Assembly (NCBI GenBank): GCA_038227875.1
Contig: JBBRPR010000005.1
Coordinates: 1-64,000, forward strand
From: Planctomycetota bacterium
Lineage (GTDB): Bacteria > Planctomycetota > SZUA-567 > H5-PLA8
Length of the DNA stretch: 64,000 nucleotides
Direction of reading: 5' to 3'
The notes under the pieces were generated by a model, which ran no database searches, was not told the origin of the DNA, and worked only from the letters and a program-made list of their open reading frames with translations. This document shows, piece by piece, positions 1 to 10,411 of this stretch (its first letter is position 1; each line of letters starts with the position of its first letter). Made by a program: the position numbers and the translations under genes.

Positions 1-919
1 CAGGGCCATGCGCAGCAGCACTGGGTGTGGCGTTGGAATTACTGATTTGCGAGGGCGCTGAGTTGGCCCTCGCGCTTGGGCGGCTCATGGATGTCGATGT
101 GGGGCTGCTCGTGCTGTTGAGATAGGCGGGACTCGAAGTCTTCGCGGGTTTGCAGCGCGTGGTCGTGCGGCTGCGCTTCCAGGCTTTCGGCTTGGGCTTG
201 TAGCTCGCGGGATGGATGGTGATCGTGGCTTCGTGTTGGTTGACCAATTCTTCCGCGGCTTCCTCGACTTGGGCTGTGATGGTGCGCGTGGGGTCGAAGG
301 GTTTCGGTTGGACTTCGTCGATGGGCTGCGGTGCGGTGACGTTCTTCGGCGTGCCGTCGTCGTGGACGGGGTTGTTCGCCCAGTCGTGGACGTAGGCGGG
401 CTGGAAGCCGGCGCAGGCACCGGGCTCGGCGCGGTCCCCTTCGGGTCCGGGGCGGTCGGCGCGGTCGCCGGGTTCGCGGTCCTTCGGATGGAAGGAGACT
501 TTTTCGACGGCTTCGGCTTCCTGCAGTTCGGGGAGCTTGTCGTTGAGCAGGCTGGTCGGGTTCGGCAGCTTTGCGTTGAAGCCCATCAGGTCCCAGAAGC
601 GTTGCGTGTGGCGGAGCAGCGTCGCGCAGCTCAGTCGGCGTTCCATGTCAGTCGTGTTGACCTTCAGGATCATGTGGCGGAGTTGCTGCGCGGAATCGAG
701 TCCGCCTTCGATGAACGTTTGCGCGGTGAGCTGGACTTGCGTCCGCATGCCAGCCATGTTCTCGCCGACGGTTTTGCTGAGCGCCTGGTCGAATTCGGGG
801 ATCTTCTTCCAGCGGCAGAGGGTCTGGCGGCTGATGTCGAGCTCTTGGGCGATCGAGTTGATGTCTTTTCCCAGCGATAATAGGACGATGGCGCGTTGCT
901 GATTGACGTGCAGGGCCAT
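1..919 (-). CDS. HTH protein (phBC6A51/terminase small subunit-like HTH) with low-complexity tail; 3' end outside window
   Basis: Not in ORF track; read manually. AGGAG RBS, ATG at 919, MALHVNQQRAIVLLSLGKDINSIAQELDISRQTLCRWKKIPEF..., open to window start; N-terminus resembles CDS 57620..58258. Confidence 0.75.
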   Translation of the reverse strand, partial: MALHVNQQRAIVLLSLGKDINSIAQELDISRQTLCRWKKIPEFDQALSKTVGENMAGMRTQVQLTAQTFIEGGLDSAQQLRHMILKVNTTDMERRLSCATLLRHTQRFWDLMGFNAKLPNPTSLLNDKLPELQEAEAVEKVSFHPKDREPGDRADRPGPEGDRAEPGACAGFQPAYVHDWANNPVHDDGTPKNVTAPQPIDEVQPKPFDPTRTITAQVEEAAEELVNQHEATITIHPASYKPKPKAWKRSRTTTRCKPAKTSSPAYLNSTSSPTSTSMSRPSARANSAPSQISNSNATPSAAAHGP

Positions 920-974
920 GGGTTTCTCCTCCTTATTTTCATCCATCATATTAGGTTTTTGTTCACATGTCAGA

Positions 975-1002
975 AGATTACACCGTAGGATTGGGATGTC
1001 AA
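975..1002 (-). promoter_or_regulatory. Putative sigma70-type promoter for the HTH gene
   Basis: Minus strand reads TTGACA-16nt-TAATCT in AT-rich DNA upstream of ATG 919. Confidence 0.4.
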
Positions 1003-1163
1003 TAATTATTTTGTTAAAAACCGGGAAAGTGATGTTTGGGGATTAGCGTGGGTTATTGCGAGGGCTGTTCTGGGTGTTGTTCCGAGAGAGCGAGCGTCCC
1101 CCCTCATCCCGCGAGAGCGCGGGCGGGGCGCATGGGGCGGGCAGACTTTTTTGCGAGGGCGGG

Positions 1164-1199
1164 CACTGGTGGCTTAACGGCTAGCCACCAGTGGCACAC
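1164..1199. repeat. REP-like palindrome
   Basis: CACTGGTGGCT...AGCCACCAGTG hairpin followed by GCACAC, the same tail as the 2651..2790 element. Confidence 0.55.
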
Positions 1200-1262
1200 T
1201 CCGACGGTTTTCATTGCAAGAGAATTGTGATTGTCCAAATTGCAAACGCGGCGTCCATCTCG

Positions 1263-1287
1263 CCCGTTCGACAAGCTCAGGGCAGGC
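1263..1287. repeat. TTCGACAAGCTCAGG-type intergenic repeat
   Basis: CCCGTTCGACAAGCTCAGGGCAGGC resembles a widespread REP-like intergenic motif; single copy here. Confidence 0.45.
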
Positions 1288-1360
1288 ACCCATTATTGTG
1301 AGGGGGAGCAAGATAATGGGGGGTGTGTAACAGACGGAAGAATGGATCTTGAGCGTTGCT

Positions 1361-1399
1361 GTTCTTGCGTCTTTGCGTCTTTGCGTCTTTGCGCGAGAT
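1361..1399. repeat. Octamer tandem repeat (CTTTGCGT)n, half element
   Basis: gttcttgcgtctttgcgtctttgcgtctttgcgcgagat; same arm as elements at 41095, 43921 and 45191. Confidence 0.7.
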
Positions 1400-1410
1400 A
1401 AAAAAGTGGC

Positions 1411-1629
1411 TTAGAGGTTCGGGAGCGCGCCGCTCTTTGATGCGGGGGGCGGCTGGGGATTGGACGGGGTCGGCGGGTTGCTGCGTTCGCCGCGGGTGGC
1501 GCGGTCGAATTTGTCGAGCGCTTGATTCTCTTTGTAAAGTTCGATCAACAACTCGCTCAGGCTGAGCTGATCGTAGTTCTTCGGCGGGATCAGGGTCTGG
1601 CGCAGGGTGTCGGAATCATTGGTTTCCAT
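1411..1629 (-). CDS. Small hypothetical protein
   Basis: 72 aa ORF with AGGAGG RBS; helical N-part, Pro-rich tail. Confidence 0.55.
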   Translation of the reverse strand: METNDSDTLRQTLIPPKNYDQLSLSELLIELYKENQALDKFDRATRGERSNPPTPSNPQPPPASKSGALPNL

Positions 1630-1727
1630 GTCGGACTTCCTCCTACAAATCTAAATACACCGAAGTGGGTATCGCGATTCGCGGGATCTTTCATAAATGT
1701 TTTCCGGCAAGAAGTCACACGTGCGCA

Positions 1728-2585
1728 TCATTTCCTGCGGCGTAACTCCCGGGGGCTGGAGCCCGTGTGCTGCTTGAACGCGCGCGAAAATGAGAAGGGC
1801 GTCTGGAAGCCAACGAGCTCCGCGATGTGTTGCAGTTTGTAGTCCGTCTGAAGGAGGTACTCGCGGGCCTGGCGCATGCGCAGCGCGTTGATCAGCGCCA
1901 GCGGCGACGTGCCGTACGCGCGCGACACGAGTCGGTGGAAGTGGACCAGCGAGACGTGGAGTTCTTTGGCCAGTTCGTCGACGCGCCACGGGTGCTGCAG
2001 ATTTTCTTCGACGCGCTGAAAGACCGCTTCGAGCCGGCGGGTCTGCGCGGTCGGTTCGGTGCGCGTGCCGGAACGCAGTTCGCGCTGTAGCAACACGATG
2101 AGGATCTCGGCGTACGCGCGCGCGGCGCGGTCGGAGCCGCTCGAGGTGTGATGGAGTTCGGCGAGCAATCCGGCACAGGCTTCGGCGATGCGCTGGCCGT
2201 GAGAAGACTGGCGCGAGAGGAGTTCCGCGGCGCCGCGCGTTTGGCGGCGGAGATGGAACCAGACCACGCGCCACGTCGACTGGGCTTGCGCCCAGTATTC
2301 GTACCCTGTGCCCGCCGGAGCCCACCAGAGGGTGCCGGGCTGAAAGCTGCCGTGTTCGTGCGCGGTCCGCCACGCTGCGCGCCCGCCGAGCGTGAAAATC
2401 GCGACGTGAAAGTTCGGCGATGTGCGTGCGATGCGAAAGGGCGCGACGAGGTCGCTGACGCCCGCGGATTCGACGCCCAAGTCCCGCAGTGGGGCGAGCG
2501 CGGGGCCGACCAAGGGAACGAAGCGCTCCCGGCACGTCTTGGGGATGATGACATGATTGGATATGTTCTGGATAGGCTTCGCCAT
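1728..2585 (-). CDS. AraC-family transcriptional regulator
   Basis: Cupin-like N-domain plus C-terminal HTH (IAELVGFQTPFSFSRAFKQHTGSSP); start moved to MAKPIQ. Confidence 0.9.
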   Translation of the reverse strand: MAKPIQNISNHVIIPKTCRERFVPLVGPALAPLRDLGVESAGVSDLVAPFRIARTSPNFHVAIFTLGGRAAWRTAHEHGSFQPGTLWWAPAGTGYEYWAQAQSTWRVVWFHLRRQTRGAAELLSRQSSHGQRIAEACAGLLAELHHTSSGSDRAARAYAEILIVLLQRELRSGTRTEPTAQTRRLEAVFQRVEENLQHPWRVDELAKELHVSLVHFHRLVSRAYGTSPLALINALRMRQAREYLLQTDYKLQHIAELVGFQTPFSFSRAFKQHTGSSPRELRRRK

Positions 2586-2650
2586 GGACGAATTAGAACG
2601 CTGTGGGATATGTTTGGCAATGGGAGAACGAGGGGCGGGATTCGGTGCGC

Positions 2651-2790
2651 TGTGCCATGGATGTGCAGAGGTTTGAGCGTAGCGAAAACCTCTACTCATC
2701 CGTGCGTTGCGCTCCGCCAATTCCGAGCGAAGCGGGCACGGATGAGCGGGAGTTTTCGCTACGCTCAAACACCCGCACATCCATGGCACA
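2651..2790. repeat. REPIN-like long inverted repeat (two hairpin units head-to-head)
   Basis: Arms of about 55 bp, TGTGCCATGGATGTGC...CTCATCCGTGC and its reverse complement; each arm is itself a hairpin. Confidence 0.85.
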
Positions 2791-2805
2791 TGACGAGGAG
2801 AGAAC

Positions 2806-3729
2806 ATGTCAATCACGCGGCAGGGCATTGAAGACGGCACAGTTTTGAAGTTTGGGGAGGCGCAGTTCACGTTTGGGAAGGACGTCGTGGAGCTGAACGA
2901 TTCCAGCGCGTTGATTTCGGATATTCCGGCGCTGCAGGAACGCATGGCGCGCGACGGGTATCTGTTTCTGCGCGGGTTTCATCCCCGCACGCTGGTGAAC
3001 CGCGCGGCGCAGCGTGTGCTGGATGCCATCGCGGCGCGCACGGATCTCGCGCCGGGCACGGACGCTCGAAACGGGATCTGTGGGCCGGGCGAAAAGAGCT
3101 ACTCGTTCTTCCGAGATGTCGCCGTGGCGCACTCTAAGGAGGTACTCGATGTCGTCGACGGGCCGCACACGTTCGACTTTTTCAAGCGGTTCCTCGGCGG
3201 ACCGGTGCTGACCTTCGATAAGCGCTGGCTGCGGGCGATGGCGTCGGGCGGCCACAATCATTTTCACTACGACAGCGCTTACGTCGGACGCGGCACGCCG
3301 CGTCGCTACACGATGTGGTCGGCGTTTACGGACATCGGTCTGGAGAATGGGCCGCTGGCGATCTGCCTGGGATCCGACCGCGATGAGAAACTCAAAAATA
3401 CCTATGGGCGCGTGGACATGGACCGTGATCTGATCGACCCGGTCCTGAGCACCGATCCGCGCGAAATTACCGGGCACTTCGGCTTTAAGCTCGCGACGGC
3501 GCACTTCGAACCCGGCGACTGCATCATCTTCGGGCTGCATCTGCTGCACAGTTCCGTGCCGAATCTGTCGAATCGTTTCCGCATCAGCATCGACACGCGC
3601 TACCAGTTGGCGCGCGAAGCGAGCGACGAGCGTTTTCATGGGCCGAATGGTTCGTGGCTGGGAAATTTTCACACGCCGGGCGCGACCTATCGGAAGGTGA
3701 GTGAGCTGCGCGGGGCGTGGGGAGTTTGA
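2806..3729 (+). CDS. Phytanoyl-CoA dioxygenase (PhyH)-family Fe(II)/2-oxoglutarate dioxygenase
   Basis: RDGYLFLRG, HYD, GDCIIF..LLHSS, RISIDTRY motifs; GAGGAG RBS. Confidence 0.9.
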   Translation: MSITRQGIEDGTVLKFGEAQFTFGKDVVELNDSSALISDIPALQERMARDGYLFLRGFHPRTLVNRAAQRVLDAIAARTDLAPGTDARNGICGPGEKSYSFFRDVAVAHSKEVLDVVDGPHTFDFFKRFLGGPVLTFDKRWLRAMASGGHNHFHYDSAYVGRGTPRRYTMWSAFTDIGLENGPLAICLGSDRDEKLKNTYGRVDMDRDLIDPVLSTDPREITGHFGFKLATAHFEPGDCIIFGLHLLHSSVPNLSNRFRISIDTRYQLAREASDERFHGPNGSWLGNFHTPGATYRKVSELRGAWGV

Positions 3730-4171
3730 ACGGCGAATTATGAATTATGACTGATGATTGATGATTGATGAATACATATTCGAGCGACAAAGAAGCTCCA
3801 GGACAATCGTTGCGTTTTCCGAGAGGCAACGATTGTCCGGAACGCTTCGAAGTCGGAAGATTTTTTCGGCAGGGGTGCGTTCGTCCTGGAACTTCTTGTT
3901 GCTAAAGCAACCCGGCCCGAGGGGCCGGGCCACCCCTCGCGGGTTTTGGGACGACTAAAAGCAAACCACGATTCTGCTCACGGTTTCATTATCACTGTAC
4001 GCACCCATTTCGTATTCATCGTTCGTCAATCTGAATTCATCGTTTCGTCTTCATTCCAGTAACTTTCGCCGCTCACACCGGTTACGATAAACGAAAACAT
4101 TTTCGCACTTTCACGGCAAGATCCGACGGTTGACTCAAAGGTACTGTTGTAAGGGCGCTGGAGAGAAAGCA

Positions 4172-6769
4172 ATGAACGACGCACAGCTCGACGACGGCAG
4201 CCTGCTGCAACAGTTCGCTCAGACCGGCTCGGAAGAACCGTTCAACGAATTGATCGCGCGTCACGGAGCGCTGGTGTATGGCGTGAGTCACCGGGTTTTG
4301 GGACAGACGCAGGATGCCGAGGATGCAACGCAGGCGGTGTTTCTCACGCTGGCGGAGAAAGCTCACGCGCTGCGCGGGTACCGTTCCGTCGCGGGGTGGC
4401 TGCATCACACCGCGTGGAATATTGCGCGCTGCGCCCGCAAGGCGGCGCTGTGCCGGAAAAATCGCGAGAAGGAGGCGGCATCCATGATCTCAACCGGTTC
4501 AACAGCTCAGCCGCGGGCTGAATGGGAACACCTCTCGCCAGTGCTCGATCAGGAACTCAATGCCCTGCCGGAAAAATACCGCGTAGCGTTGATGCTTCAT
4601 CACGTCGAAGGCCGCACGCAGACGGAGATCGCGCGGCTGCTGGGCGTGACGGGCGGGGCGCTTTCGCGGCGCATCAGCCGGGCCGAAGAACTACTGCGCG
4701 AACGCCTTGCCCGCCGCGGCGTCACGTTCGCGCCTGCATTACTGTTTCCACTCATACTTCACTGCGCGCCGGTGCCGCTGCCGTCTGGCCTGGCCGCAAC
4801 AACCGCACACGCGATAGCGCTGACCCGGGCCGGAGCTTCACCGTTCTCCCCGCAGGTCACGGCGCTTCACAAAGGAGCTCTGCAATCCATGTTCATCAAG
4901 AAAGTCATGATCGCGGCCAGCATTCTGCTCGCCGCATTGTTCGTCGGCGGCGGCGCCCACGCCATGTTCAACGGGCGCTCCAATTCCGCGACGTTACCGA
5001 GTACTGGAATGGCGCAAAACAAGAAGCTTCCGGCTGCAGCGTCTCCGGCCGGGCCGCACGAAAGAACCGGGGGCAACGAAGGCCCGACACCGGCCGATGC
5101 GCTTCCCGCGTCTGGACAGAGCGATGCGGAGATCGCGGCGTGGATCGCGCAACTGGGCAGCGAGAGCCCGGAGGAGCGGATCGCGGCGATGAAAAATCTG
5201 CGCAAAACGGGCGTCAAGGCGCAGGCAGCGCTGAAAGTCGCGGCGGAAAAGGGAACCGGCGAAGCGAAAGCACGATCCGCCACGCTGCTGGGCGTGCAGA
5301 CGACGGCGGAGGCCCTGAAGAAAATCGCGGAGGCGTTCGCGAAGATCAAATCGTTCGAAGTCGACATGGACACGATGAAGCTGGCCGGCGGTATTCGCGT
5401 CGACGGCAAGGGGCATATCCAGGCGATTCCCGGCAGCCGGCTGTACAAAATGGACGCGACGGCAGAATTGCAGGGGCTGAAATTGACCGTCCGGGCGGTT
5501 TGCGATGGCACGACGGCGTGGAACGAAATGGGCGCGCCGATGGGTACGCAAATCATGAAAGCCAAAGCCACAGCCTCGGCGATCGAAGGCATGTCCCTGG
5601 ATCTCAATGCCTTCACGGAATCGTACGATCTCGTCAGTTCGCGCCAGGAATCGGTGCAGGGCAAGCCGACGCTGATTTTCACGGGGATGCTGCGCGACGA
5701 CATCAAGAACGGCGAGGATCCTTATGCCGATGGGTACCAGGCGGTGCGCAACATCACCGCGTATGTCGACGGGAACTCGCTGCTGCTGAACAAGTATGAG
5801 CTTGCCGACGACAAGGGCGTCGTGACCACAGGATCGACATTCTCGAATCTGAAGCTCGATGGAGAGCTCGACGCCAAGGCCTTCGCGTACGTTCCGCCGG
5901 CGGGCGTGGAGGTTTGGGACACGGACAATCCGGCGCCCGCGAAGTCTGCGCCGGAATCGGTCGCGGAAGCGGCGAAGAGCGTGGAGAAGACAGAGGGCAA
6001 ACCCTCGATGACCAAGGCGCCGGGCGCGCCGGTGGAAGCCACCGACACGGCCGCACTGCTTGAGAAAATCGGCGCTGCGAACAAGGCCATCGCGAATTTC
6101 GAAACGGATGAAGAACACGTGATGACGATGATGGGCATGAGCATAACGACGAAAGGGCACATCCGGGACATCGCGGCGACGCATCGCTTCATCGATGAAA
6201 AGACCACGCAACTACGGGGCATGATGAGCATCCCCAGCCGCACGGTCTGCGACGGCACGACAATTTACCAGGAGCAGGCATTCCCGGAAACCGGCACGCA
6301 GCTGCGCAAAATTGTGTTCAAGATGGATTACAAGGATCATCCAAAGTTCGAACCGTCGCTGGACGCGAACTCGATTAAGGTGAAGGAGGGAGACGCGTTC
6401 GATTTCACCGCGAGCCGCGAGGAGACCGTGGACGGGGTGAAGCAGTATATCTTCGAAGGCGTCAAGCAGGAGCCCAAACCCGGCGAGAAGCCCAGCGTCA
6501 TCCAGCAGAAGGGCAAGCAGACGTACACGATCGTCGTCGACGCCACGGACCTGCTGCTGCGGAGCATCGAAGTGAAGAACGATGCCGGCGCGGTGATTGA
6601 AACGACGAAGTATTCGAACGTGAAGCACGACGGCACGATCGACGAGAGCGTGTTTCTGTACTCGCCGCCGGCGGGGGTGAAGGTGTCGGATCTGAACGAT
6701 CTGAAGAACGCGGCGACGGCACCTGCGCCGGAGAGCGGCAAGGAACCGGCGAAGCGCGGGGACTTTTAA
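4172..6769 (+). CDS. ECF sigma factor with TM helix, HEAT-like segment and two LolA-like extracytoplasmic domains
   Basis: Sigma2 DAEDATQAVF; sigma4 LPEKYRVALMLHHVEGRTQTEIA; TM IAASILLAALFVGGGA; two repeats with VCDGTT and F.Y.PPAGV.V.D. Confidence 0.85.
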   Translation: MNDAQLDDGSLLQQFAQTGSEEPFNELIARHGALVYGVSHRVLGQTQDAEDATQAVFLTLAEKAHALRGYRSVAGWLHHTAWNIARCARKAALCRKNREKEAASMISTGSTAQPRAEWEHLSPVLDQELNALPEKYRVALMLHHVEGRTQTEIARLLGVTGGALSRRISRAEELLRERLARRGVTFAPALLFPLILHCAPVPLPSGLAATTAHAIALTRAGASPFSPQVTALHKGALQSMFIKKVMIAASILLAALFVGGGAHAMFNGRSNSATLPSTGMAQNKKLPAAASPAGPHERTGGNEGPTPADALPASGQSDAEIAAWIAQLGSESPEERIAAMKNLRKTGVKAQAALKVAAEKGTGEAKARSATLLGVQTTAEALKKIAEAFAKIKSFEVDMDTMKLAGGIRVDGKGHIQAIPGSRLYKMDATAELQGLKLTVRAVCDGTTAWNEMGAPMGTQIMKAKATASAIEGMSLDLNAFTESYDLVSSRQESVQGKPTLIFTGMLRDDIKNGEDPYADGYQAVRNITAYVDGNSLLLNKYELADDKGVVTTGSTFSNLKLDGELDAKAFAYVPPAGVEVWDTDNPAPAKSAPESVAEAAKSVEKTEGKPSMTKAPGAPVEATDTAALLEKIGAANKAIANFETDEEHVMTMMGMSITTKGHIRDIAATHRFIDEKTTQLRGMMSIPSRTVCDGTTIYQEQAFPETGTQLRKIVFKMDYKDHPKFEPSLDANSIKVKEGDAFDFTASREETVDGVKQYIFEGVKQEPKPGEKPSVIQQKGKQTYTIVVDATDLLLRSIEVKNDAGAVIETTKYSNVKHDGTIDESVFLYSPPAGVKVSDLNDLKNAATAPAPESGKEPAKRGDF

Positions 6770-6779
6770 CGAACGTTGT

Positions 6780-6980
6780 GAATGTCGAATGTCGAAAAAC
6801 GAGCCGCTTGCAGCGGCTTGTTTTTTTGGATGCTACGACAAACCCACGAGGGTGGCCCGGCCCCTCGCGGGTTTGTCGCTCGGCCCATTCACATTTCGGA
6901 CCATCCATCTTAAAAAACACGCGCCGCTGAAAGCGGCGCGTGTTTTCAATTCGACATTCGACATTCGGCCTTCGACATTC
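6780..6980. repeat. Heptamer (GAATGTC)n inverted-repeat element enclosing three hairpins (bidirectional terminator-like)
   Basis: gaatgtcgaatgtcgaa ... ttcgacattcgacattc; internal stems AAAAC..GCCGCT/AGCGGC..GTTTT twice and CGACAAACCC/GGGTTTGTCG; between convergent genes. Confidence 0.8.
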
Positions 6981-6983
6981 CAC

Positions 6984-9056
6984 TTACTCTTCGTCGTCGC
7001 GCAGCTTGGCCAGCACGGAGTAATCTTCCAGCGTGCTGGTGTCGCCGATGCTTTCTTTTCCGGCGGCGATGTCGCGGAGGAGGCGGCGCATGATCTTTCC
7101 GGAGCGCGTCTTGGGGAGCGTTCCGGTGAAGCGGATTTCTTCCGGGCGCGCGATGGCGCCGATTTCCTTGGCCACGTGCTGCTTCAGCGCGTCTTTCAGT
7201 TCACCACTCGCGGGGTTGCCGTCTTTGAGCGTCACGAAGGCGACGATCGACTGCATCGTGATTTCGTGCGGACGCGCGACGACGGCGGCTTCAGCAACGG
7301 ACGGATGGCTGACCAGCGCCGATTCAATTTCCGCAGTACCCAGGCGGTGGCCGGAGACTTTGATTACGTCGTCTTCACGGCCCTTGATCCAGAAGTAGCC
7401 GTCGATGTCGCAGCCGGCGGTGTCGCCGGTGAAGTAACTGCCGGGGACGGTCGTCCAGTACTGCTGCTTGTAGCGTTCCGGATCGCCCCAGATGCCGCGG
7501 AGCATGCTCGGCCAGGGTTTGCGGATGACCATCACGCCGCCGTGGCCGGGCGGCACTTTCTTGCCGGTGGCTTTGTCGACGATCTCCGGCACGACGCCCG
7601 GCATCGCCTTGGTGGCCGAGCCCGGCTTCGCAGCGACGGCTCCGGGGACCGGCGAAATCATGATCGCGCCGGTTTCCGTCTGCCACCACGTGTCGACGAT
7701 CGGGCAGCGTTCCTTGCCGATGACTTTGTGGTACCACATCCACGCTTCCGGATTGATCGGCTCGCCAACGCTGCCCAGCAGGCGCAGCGAGGAGAGGTCG
7801 TGCTTGCGCGGCCACTGTTCGCCCCACTTGATGAAGGCGCGGATGGCCGTCGGCGCGGTGTAGAGAATGTTGACGCCGTACTTTTCGATCACGCACCAGA
7901 AGCGGTCGGGCTCCGGATGGTTCGGCGCGCCTTCGTACATGACGTTCGTGGCGCCATTCAGCAACGGTCCGTAGAGCATGTAGCTGTGGCCGGTGACCCA
8001 GCCGATGTCGGCCGTGCACCAGTAGACGTCCTCGTCCTTCATGTCGAAAACGAGCTTGGTGGTCAGGTACGTACCGACCATGTAGCCGGCGGTGGTGTGG
8101 AAGATGCCCTTGGGCTTGCCGGTCGAACCGGACGTGTAAAGAATGTAGAGCAGGTGTTCGGCGTCGAGCTGTTCGGCGGGGCATACGGTCGACGCGCCGG
8201 ACATCAGGTCGTGCCACCAGTGGTCGCGGCCCGCATGCATCACCGTCGACTCTGACTTGGTGCGCTGGTAGACGATCACGTTGGCAACGGTCGGGCATTT
8301 TTCGACGGCCGCGTCGACGGCTTTCTTCAGGTCGACGACGTTGCCGCGGCGGAAACCTCCGTCAGCGGTGATCACCAGTTTCGCGCCGCAGTCGTTGATG
8401 CGGTCGACCAGCGCCGTCGCCGAAAATCCGCCGAACACCACCGAATGCGCCGCGCCGATGCGCACGCAGGCAAGCATCGCAATGGGCAGTTCGGGGACCA
8501 TCGGCATGTAGATGGCCACGCGGTCGCCGGCCTTGATGCCCATGCTCTTGAGGACGTTGGCGAATTTGCAGACTTCGCGGTGCAGATCGTTGTAGGTCAG
8601 CACGCGCGTGTCGCCGGGTTCTCCTTCCCAGATCAGCGCGGCTTTATTCTTGCGCCATGTGGTCAGGTGCCGGTCGACGCAGTTATAACACATGTTGGTC
8701 TTACCACCGACGAACCACTTCGCGTTCGGCAGCTTCCAGTCGAGCACCTTCTTGTAGGGCTTGAACCAATGCAATTCGTTGGCGACGCGGCCCCAGAATT
8801 TGTCGGGGTTGCGCACCGATTCGTTGTAGAGCTTGTCGTAAGCAGCGGCGCTCTTGACGTGCGCCTTGGAGGAGAATTCCTTCGACGGCTTGAAGAGCCG
8901 CGCTTCGCGCGAAAGCTGCTCAATCTGTTCGGACGCGACTTCCATATCCGTGGGATGAGACGGATGTGCGGGGCCGGCGGGCGCGGCGGTCTTCTGCGCC
9001 TTCGCTGATTTCTTTTTCGCGAGCCCTTTTCCCTGGGAACGATGCGTCTTCGTCAT
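6984..9056 (-). CDS. acs: Acetate--CoA ligase (acetyl-CoA synthetase)
   Basis: [20 protein letters not shown] and [11 protein letters not shown] motifs; GGAGG RBS before 9056. Confidence 0.95.
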   Translation of the reverse strand: MTKTHRSQGKGLAKKKSAKAQKTAAPAGPAHPSHPTDMEVASEQIEQLSREARLFKPSKEFSSKAHVKSAAAYDKLYNESVRNPDKFWGRVANELHWFKPYKKVLDWKLPNAKWFVGGKTNMCYNCVDRHLTTWRKNKAALIWEGEPGDTRVLTYNDLHREVCKFANVLKSMGIKAGDRVAIYMPMVPELPIAMLACVRIGAAHSVVFGGFSATALVDRINDCGAKLVITADGGFRRGNVVDLKKAVDAAVEKCPTVANVIVYQRTKSESTVMHAGRDHWWHDLMSGASTVCPAEQLDAEHLLYILYTSGSTGKPKGIFHTTAGYMVGTYLTTKLVFDMKDEDVYWCTADIGWVTGHSYMLYGPLLNGATNVMYEGAPNHPEPDRFWCVIEKYGVNILYTAPTAIRAFIKWGEQWPRKHDLSSLRLLGSVGEPINPEAWMWYHKVIGKERCPIVDTWWQTETGAIMISPVPGAVAAKPGSATKAMPGVVPEIVDKATGKKVPPGHGGVMVIRKPWPSMLRGIWGDPERYKQQYWTTVPGSYFTGDTAGCDIDGYFWIKGREDDVIKVSGHRLGTAEIESALVSHPSVAEAAVVARPHEITMQSIVAFVTLKDGNPASGELKDALKQHVAKEIGAIARPEEIRFTGTLPKTRSGKIMRRLLRDIAAGKESIGDTSTLEDYSVLAKLRDDEE

Positions 9057-9101
9057 TGTGATGTTCAGCCTCCGTCGCGCTGTGGTCTTAAATTGTCGCC
9101 A

Positions 9102-9200
9102 AGCAGCCCATTGATAAACCACTAGCTGACTTCGTAAATCGCCGTTACTGCCCGGCGTTTTACGGAGAAACGCTGCGGAATTGTGTTTCAAAGGGCTGCT
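9102..9200 (-). mobile_element. 99-bp MITE copy (TIR AGCAGCCC)
   Basis: AGCAGCCC...GGGCTGCT termini; internal hairpin with GGCAGTAA loop on minus strand; homologous to 23309 and 25366 copies. Confidence 0.7.
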
Positions 9201-9340
9201 AGCGACGGATTAAAGCACACTGGTGAAATATTTCCAATGGGTTGCACCGATTTTGCGCGGAAATATGAGAAGCAAACAAGTGAAACCAGGATCAGAGCAT
9301 CGCTTGCGTGTTCACTAAACTTCGCGATTCGACATGCAGA

Positions 9341-10411
9341 TCATTCGTTCTTCATTTCCACCCATAAGACATCGTTGCCCTTGCGTGCGCCGAAGACCAC
9401 GCGCTTGCCGGCGTCGAGCATGCGGGGATGGAAAATGGCGTCGTATTCCTCCGTCTCCGTGCCGCCAAACTGGACTACTTCGCGGCCGGAAAGCTGGGTC
9501 ATCGATTCCTGCGCCGTGAGCTTATCGACGTGGATGGCGATGGCGTCGGGCGCGTGAAACAGCGCATCGCGGAAGTGCGGGATCGGCTTTTCGGGCTGGC
9601 CGTCCAGGACCAGGAACGAATCGCGTCCGGCGGATTCCACGCGGCCGGCGACACTGCCGTCGGGGCGGAAGAACAGGCGGTCGACGCAGCGCTTGGATTC
9701 AGTCAGTTTGCTTCCGACGTAATAGCCAAACGAATGGGGCGGCGAGAACATGAAATAGAGCTCACCGGTCGGCGAAAATCCTGGCGACGTGGGCACGGCG
9801 AACTTGGGGCTCCGGTACGAACCGCAGTGAATCATGTACTGCGAAAACGGCGGCGCGCTGCACAGGTACGCTACTTTTTCGCCATCGGGCGTGAAGATCA
9901 GGCGGTGGGGTTCAATGCATTCCGGTCCCGGATCACCATTGACGAAGACGTGTTGCTTGCCGTCCTTCTCCGCCGAGTACGCCAGCTTGGTGCCATCGGG
10001 GCTCCACGCCATGTCCACGCCGACGCTGTCGAAAGCCTGCTTCTGCAGCTTGCCGTCGATCACCACGTACCACGACTTGCCTTTGCGTACTCCGTAGGCG
10101 GTGCGTTTGCCGTTGGGCGAAAAGGTCGGATTGTGCGCGCGTTCGTAGCCGGAATGAACGTTCTCGCCGATGTGAAATGCGCCCTTCTTTCCATCGTTCT
10201 CGCGGTAGACGAGAACGCCGGTGGCGTCGTCGAACCACGGGCCGAGGACATGGTTGCAGACCGGTCCTTTTTGTCCGTCGATGACCGCGCGCATGCCGCC
10301 GGCGCCGGTGATTTTATAAGCCACGTGTTTCCCGTCGGGACTGACGTCGCAGGAATCGCCGAGGTCCGGCGGAAGTTCCGCGATGCGCTTTACGGATATT
10401 TTGGCGGGCAT
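9341..10411 (-). CDS. TolB/WD40-like beta-propeller protein
   Basis: Repeated SPDGK(H/R)xAY...VIDG blades; start MPAKIS. Confidence 0.8.
   Translation of the reverse strand: MPAKISVKRIAELPPDLGDSCDVSPDGKHVAYKITGAGGMRAVIDGQKGPVCNHVLGPWFDDATGVLVYRENDGKKGAFHIGENVHSGYERAHNPTFSPNGKRTAYGVRKGKSWYVVIDGKLQKQAFDSVGVDMAWSPDGTKLAYSAEKDGKQHVFVNGDPGPECIEPHRLIFTPDGEKVAYLCSAPPFSQYMIHCGSYRSPKFAVPTSPGFSPTGELYFMFSPPHSFGYYVGSKLTESKRCVDRLFFRPDGSVAGRVESAGRDSFLVLDGQPEKPIPHFRDALFHAPDAIAIHVDKLTAQESMTQLSGREVVQFGGTETEEYDAIFHPRMLDAGKRVVFGARKGNDVLWVEMKNE

Noticed and set aside
212..880. 222-aa plus-strand ORF
   Set aside because: Antisense shadow of the minus-strand HTH gene, which has an RBS and a recognisable motif
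3758..3958. 66-aa intergenic ORF
   Set aside because: Made of repeats and hairpins with no RBS; possibly a decayed remnant but unsupported
6780..6980. Repeats as a CRISPR array or integron attC sites
   Set aside because: No regular repeat-spacer array, no cas or intI gene, and no consistent RYYYAAC/GTTRRRY ends
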